Of a DNA stretch of 49,203 bases, positions 45,495 through 49,203 are shown piece after piece. The notes beneath the pieces are model-generated. The model ran no database searches. It saw only the letters and a list, made by a program, of their open reading frames with translations, and was not told the origin of the DNA. A program made the translations under genes and the position numbers. The stretch is from an uncultured Gemmatimonadota bacterium (lineage in GTDB: Bacteria; Gemmatimonadota; Gemmatimonadetes; Gemmatimonadales; Gemmatimonadaceae). The DNA lies in the NCBI GenBank assembly GCA_903876745.1, contig CAIRBD010000066.1, positions 1 to 49,203 of the forward strand, in the 5' to 3' direction. The stretch's first letter is position 1, and each line of letters begins with the position of its first letter.

Positions 45495-46781
45495 ATGACA
45501 ACACGCCGTCAGTTCCTCGGAGCATCCGCCGCAGCGGCGGCGACTCTCGCAGCCGCCACACGCTCCGCGGGTGCCGCGTCCGTTGGTGCGGACGACCTGC
45601 CGCCGGCTATCAAGGCGCTCAAGTCGATGAGGGGTCAGGCGAAGCCGATCACCGTCGACGAACGACGTGGTCGCCTGGAAAGGGCGCGGGCGATGATGAA
45701 GGCGAATGGAATCGACGCATTGATGTTGAACGGCGGTACGTCGATGGAATATTTCACCGGCATGAAATGGGGACTCAGCGAGCGGATGCTTGCCGCAATC
45801 ATCCCGGTGAACGGGGCGGCCTTCCTGGTGACCCCGAAGTTCGAGCAGGAGCGCGCGATGGAGCAGGCGCGGCTCGGTCCGCTCGGAGCTGACGCCGAAG
45901 TTCATGCGTGGGAGGAAGACGAGAACCCGTGGGGTCTCATCGCCGGCGGCCTCAAGTCTCGGGGCCTCGCGACGGCGACGGTCGGCGCGGAAGAAACGGT
46001 GCGTTTCGTGTTCGCTGATGGAACGGCGCACCTGCCTGGCGTGAAGGTCGTCAGCGGAACTCCCGTTACCGCCGGATGTCGCATGGTGAAGGATGCGCAC
46101 GAGATTGCGCTCATGCGGCTCGCCGCGCAGGTCACATGGAAGGCATATGAGGCGGCGTGGAAATCACTGAAGGAAGGGATGACACAAGATGATTTTGCTC
46201 ATCTGGTGTCGGTCGCGCATACGCGGCTGGGATTCGAGGGCGGCGCGGGAGTGCAAGTCGGCAAGTACTCTGCCCTGCCTCACGGGTCCATCGAGCCGCA
46301 GGTGATCCGCGAAGGCAGCATCCTTCTGATCGACGGCGGCTGTCGTGTGGAGGGATACACCTCCGACATCTCCCGTACGTTCGTGCTCGGCAAGCCGACG
46401 CAGAAGATGAAGGACGTGTTCGAGATCGAACATCGCGCGCAGGCAAAGGCGGTGCAGACCGCCAGGCCGGGTTTGCCGTGCGAGGCTGTGGATGCGGCGG
46501 CACGTAAGGTGATCGTCGATGCCGGGTATGGTCCCGACTACAAGTTCTTTTTGCATCGCGTCGGACATGGCATGGGAATGGACGGGCATGAATGGCCCTA
46601 CCTCGTGCGCGGCAACAAACTTCCATTGCAGGCGGGAATGGTGTTCAGCGACGAACCTGGGATCTACATCCAAGGCGAGTTCGGCATCCGCCTTGAGGAT
46701 GACATGTTGATCACAGAGAGTGGCGCTGAGCTATTCACGCCGCAGAGCCCCAGTTTGGAGCGACCGTTCGCCGCGGCATGA
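45495..46781 (+). CDS. M24-family Xaa-Pro aminopeptidase/dipeptidase with a Tat-like signal
   Basis: Start at ATG 45495 (MTTRRQFLGASAAAAA). Pita-bread metal ligands: IDGGCRVEGYTSDISRT, HRVGHGMGMDGHE, SDEPGIY, LEDDMLIT. Confidence 0.88.
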   Translation: MTTRRQFLGASAAAAATLAAATRSAGAASVGADDLPPAIKALKSMRGQAKPITVDERRGRLERARAMMKANGIDALMLNGGTSMEYFTGMKWGLSERMLAAIIPVNGAAFLVTPKFEQERAMEQARLGPLGADAEVHAWEEDENPWGLIAGGLKSRGLATATVGAEETVRFVFADGTAHLPGVKVVSGTPVTAGCRMVKDAHEIALMRLAAQVTWKAYEAAWKSLKEGMTQDDFAHLVSVAHTRLGFEGGAGVQVGKYSALPHGSIEPQVIREGSILLIDGGCRVEGYTSDISRTFVLGKPTQKMKDVFEIEHRAQAKAVQTARPGLPCEAVDAAARKVIVDAGYGPDYKFFLHRVGHGMGMDGHEWPYLVRGNKLPLQAGMVFSDEPGIYIQGEFGIRLEDDMLITESGAELFTPQSPSLERPFAAA

Positions 46782-46805
46782 GCCGCCGCGACTCGGGTCA
46801 TCCTC

Positions 46806-47585
46806 GTGGCATATAGCACCTGCGCGGCATGCGGGGCCAAGACGCTGGTCGGCGCGACGCGCTGCCCTCGTTGTCAGACGCCGCTCGTTTCCTACGCTGT
46901 CGACGCGAAGCGACCGGAGACGGTGCGCTGTCCGAGTTGCGGCGTGCTGCGTCCGGTCGCAATCGGCGTGTGTCCCAACTGTCATTCGGGATCCGAACCG
47001 CCGGCACGGCGCTCGATCCGCGGACTGATGCTCGCCAGCGCGGCGGTGCTCCTGATTCTGGGCGTCGGGTTCACGATCTCGAAGATCGTAGGGCCTGCGG
47101 ATCAGGCGCCGGGCGTGACGAGCGCACCGGGAACCACGGCGGTCGCCCCCCCTCTTCCGGACAGAGAAGTTGCAGAGAGCGTGAGCGTTTCAACACCCGA
47201 TGTCGATTCGCAGAAACCGACAGTGCCCACCCCACTCCCGACTGCGACGGTGCCTCGCCCGGTGCGCGAATCCACACCAAGCACCACGGGCGAGGTTCGC
47301 CGCACACGTCCCGTCCCCTTGCCGGACGCACAGGGGACCGCAGCCGCGGTCGTTTCGCCGAGCGTGCCAGCTCCCTCCCCCGATTCCGGCTGGACGTACT
47401 GGCGCGCCACGACCTGGGTCCGACTTCGCGACAAGCCCGGGAGGAATGGTGAAGAAATACGAATGATCGACTCTTCACAACGCGTGCTGCTCGGGCCAAG
47501 CGTCAACGGCTGGCGTTCCGCGCGGGTCGGAACGGACCGTGGTTGGGTGGACCCGAGACTCTTCGTTCCCGCTACGAAGCCGTAG
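46806..47585 (+). CDS. Membrane protein: N-terminal double zinc-ribbon, one TM helix, Pro/Thr-rich linker, C-terminal SH3-like domain
   Basis: CxxC pairs (CAACG...CPRCQ; CPSCG...CPNCH), TM LMLASAAVLLILGVGFTI, a low-complexity PT-rich spacer, and a C-terminal WTYWRATTWVRLRDKPGRNGEEIRMIDSSQRVLLGPSVNGWRSARV bacterial SH3 pattern. GTG start. Confidence 0.6.
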   Translation: MAYSTCAACGAKTLVGATRCPRCQTPLVSYAVDAKRPETVRCPSCGVLRPVAIGVCPNCHSGSEPPARRSIRGLMLASAAVLLILGVGFTISKIVGPADQAPGVTSAPGTTAVAPPLPDREVAESVSVSTPDVDSQKPTVPTPLPTATVPRPVRESTPSTTGEVRRTRPVPLPDAQGTAAAVVSPSVPAPSPDSGWTYWRATTWVRLRDKPGRNGEEIRMIDSSQRVLLGPSVNGWRSARVGTDRGWVDPRLFVPATKP

Positions 47586-47619
47586 TACGGCGAACCGTGC
47601 GTCCGTTTTCGCGCGGGCC

Positions 47620-49047
47620 TTATCCCCAGCGTGAGCGGATCCGCACCGTACGCTCGAGTTCGTCGACGGTCTGCAACACCTTCTGGCGCAGGTCCTTCGC
47701 GAGTCGTGGGTGGTCGGCGAGGTAATGTCGCACGACTTCGAGCCCCTCGGGACTGTGTTGCCCACCGATGAACGTGCCGAGCCAGCTGCCCAGAAAGAAG
47801 ATCCGGCGGTTGGCCTGGATGAATGGCAATGAATCGAGCGCGGGTCGCAGGAAGGGCAGAGTGAGCGCGGCGTGCTCGCTCGCGTTGAACGCGCCAAGCG
47901 AGCCACTCGCCCAATCCTCGTTCAGCGACGCATCGGCGAAGTAGCGATTGAAGTAGGCACGTTTCATGTCGCCATCGCGCCGTGCCGCGCCGGCGACGAA
48001 CGCTCGCCGGCGACCATCGGGCGTGGTATCCCGAACCGCTTGTGTAGTCATCAGGCGTTGCGCCTCCGGGTGATCGAGGACCGTCAGGCGATTCACGATC
48101 TCCCAGCGGGTCGGGTCGCGCATCGGTTCACCGGCGACCGAGTCCGCGGAGAATAGCGAAAGCAACCGGGTCGTGCCCTCCGGCGACGCAACGACGCCGA
48201 TGAATGCGTCCACGCATGCGCGACGAAGTCCATACGGGCGCGATGTGTCGGCCGCCCCATCCCACAGCGCACGCTCGACCGCCGTGCGGAGACGGTCACG
48301 CGTTGAGTCGGGGAGATACGTCGTGAGCGCGCGGGTCATACGACCAACGACATTCGGGAAGATCTGTTCATCGCGTTCCTTCGGGAGTTCGGCGAGGGCC
48401 AGCCGAACGAAACGCGCGGGGTCCAGGCGACCGTCCCGCACGAGATCCCACAGTGCGCCCCAGAGCATGGTCCGCAGGAGCGGATCAGTCACCGTGCCGA
48501 GCGTTCCGCTCTCGAGCGACCGTACACTCGCGGTGTCGAGGAGGGTGAGGAAATAGCCGTAGTCATCGGCGTTCGCGAAGGCGAAGAGCGGAGCCGGTTT
48601 ACCCGCGGCCGCCGAAACGACCGTAGTACGCCCCGACAGCTCGACGGGGAAGCGCAGTGGGGGTGAGCCGGTCGGGTAGACGAAGAGGAGCTCGGTGCGC
48701 ATCGGCCAGGGCGCGTTTCCGCTGAGCGCTTGCGCGGGTCGCTGGGCGAGCGAGAATGACACCACGCGACCGCGCGACACGACGAGCGTCTGCTCAACGA
48801 CCGGCATGCCGGGACGGAGCATGAAGTTCCGCCCAAATGAGGTCAGATCCTTGTGCGCGGCAGCGCCGACCGCGCCGAGGAGGTCACGCCACGTGGCGTT
48901 GGCGTAGGCGTGGGCCGTAAGGAACGACCGGACCCCGGCCTGGAACGCGGATTCACCAACCAAGAAGTTCAGTTGTTTGAGGACGCTGGGTGCCTTGTTG
49001 TAGACGATGGCGCCGTAGTTGCTCTTGGCCTGGTCGAGGTTCCCCAA
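47620..49047 (-). pseudogene. M1-family aminopeptidase, C-terminal portion only (post-catalytic and ERAP1-C-like domain); 5' part missing
   Basis: The ORF begins at the ...NYGAIVYNKAPSVLKQLNFLVGESAFQAGVRSFL... segment, which in M1 peptidases follows the HExxH-E catalytic region. No GAMEN or HExxH motif is present. The frame stays open upstream only to an in-frame stop at 49135-49137, and that stretch is not peptidase-like. Confidence 0.75.
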
Positions 49048-49096
49048 TTCCTGCCAGAGCGAGTTCGTTCCGGTCGTTTGGTCGACACCGTGCGGA

Positions 49097-49188
49097 TTTC
49101 GGCGATGTCGATCACGCAGTTCGGTCGAAGCCGATCACCCCGTTCGGTTGATGGCGATCACCCATTTCGGATGATGCCGATCAGGACG
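49097..49188. repeat. Four head-to-tail imperfect 23-bp tandem repeats (consensus about TTCGGnnGAnGnCGATCACCCnn)
   Basis: Units start at 49097, 49120, 49143 and 49166: tttcggcgatgtcgatcacgcag / ttcggtcgaagccgatcaccccg / ttcggttgatggcgatcacccat / ttcggatgatgccgatcaggacg. The period of 23 is not a multiple of 3. Confidence 0.85.
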
Positions 49189-49203
49189 TGGGGGCTACGC
49201 GGC

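Noticed and set aside
1-49203. CRISPR arrays, tRNA/rRNA genes, prophage, toxin-antitoxin or known defence-system gene sets.
   Set aside because: I saw no repeat-spacer periodicity of 28-37 nt, no tRNA T-loop/acceptor signatures, no rRNA blocks, and no cas, integrase, terminase, restriction or abortive-infection-type proteins among the translated ORFs. The only mobile-element signals are at the two window edges.

Overview
This window is a high-GC bacterial chromosome segment spanning the replication-origin neighbourhood. A Gemmatimonadota-like origin is a low-confidence guess from the gene content (GWxTD protein, YncE/phosphoesterase fusion). The core is mnmE-yidC-yidD-rnpA-rpmH on the minus strand, divergent from dnaA-dnaN, with a perfect DnaA box upstream of dnaA and a box cluster plus AT-rich stretch between dnaA and dnaN. 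About 20 kb to the right lies a second origin-type block on the minus strand: mnmG, a GT-C-like membrane protein, a 684-bp ORF-poor gap, a perfect parS, then parA-parB-(TM coiled-coil ORF)-bactofilin. The rest is housekeeping and metabolic: upp, pyrE, polA, csp, an RNase P RNA gene, a five-gene BMP-type ABC operon with an embedded Nif3 gene, TerC, M20/M24/M1 peptidases and hydrolases. There is also signalling (AraC regulator, orphan histidine kinase, Hanks kinase) and several lineage-specific hypothetical lipoproteins. Both window edges are structurally abnormal. The left 1.08 kb is a visibly AT-rich 5' fragment of a group II intron with a truncated reverse transcriptase, joined abruptly to GC-rich DNA. 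The right edge has a 5'-truncated M1 aminopeptidase gene running into four exact-period 23-bp tandem repeats. No CRISPR array, tRNA, rRNA, or recognisable defence or toxin-antitoxin system was found. The least explained signals are four. (1) A recurring AT-rich motif, TGATACTAA(A)T, forms GTATC-N5-GATAC palindromes inside mnmE and in the parA-upstream gap. (2) Short AT-rich, rare-codon patches sit inside dnaA, polA and mnmE. (3) ParABS is linked in one operon to a bactofilin. (4) A canonical AT-hook protein lies next to AT-rich direct repeats. All functional calls rest on reading the translated ORFs and sequence motifs by eye; no database search was possible.
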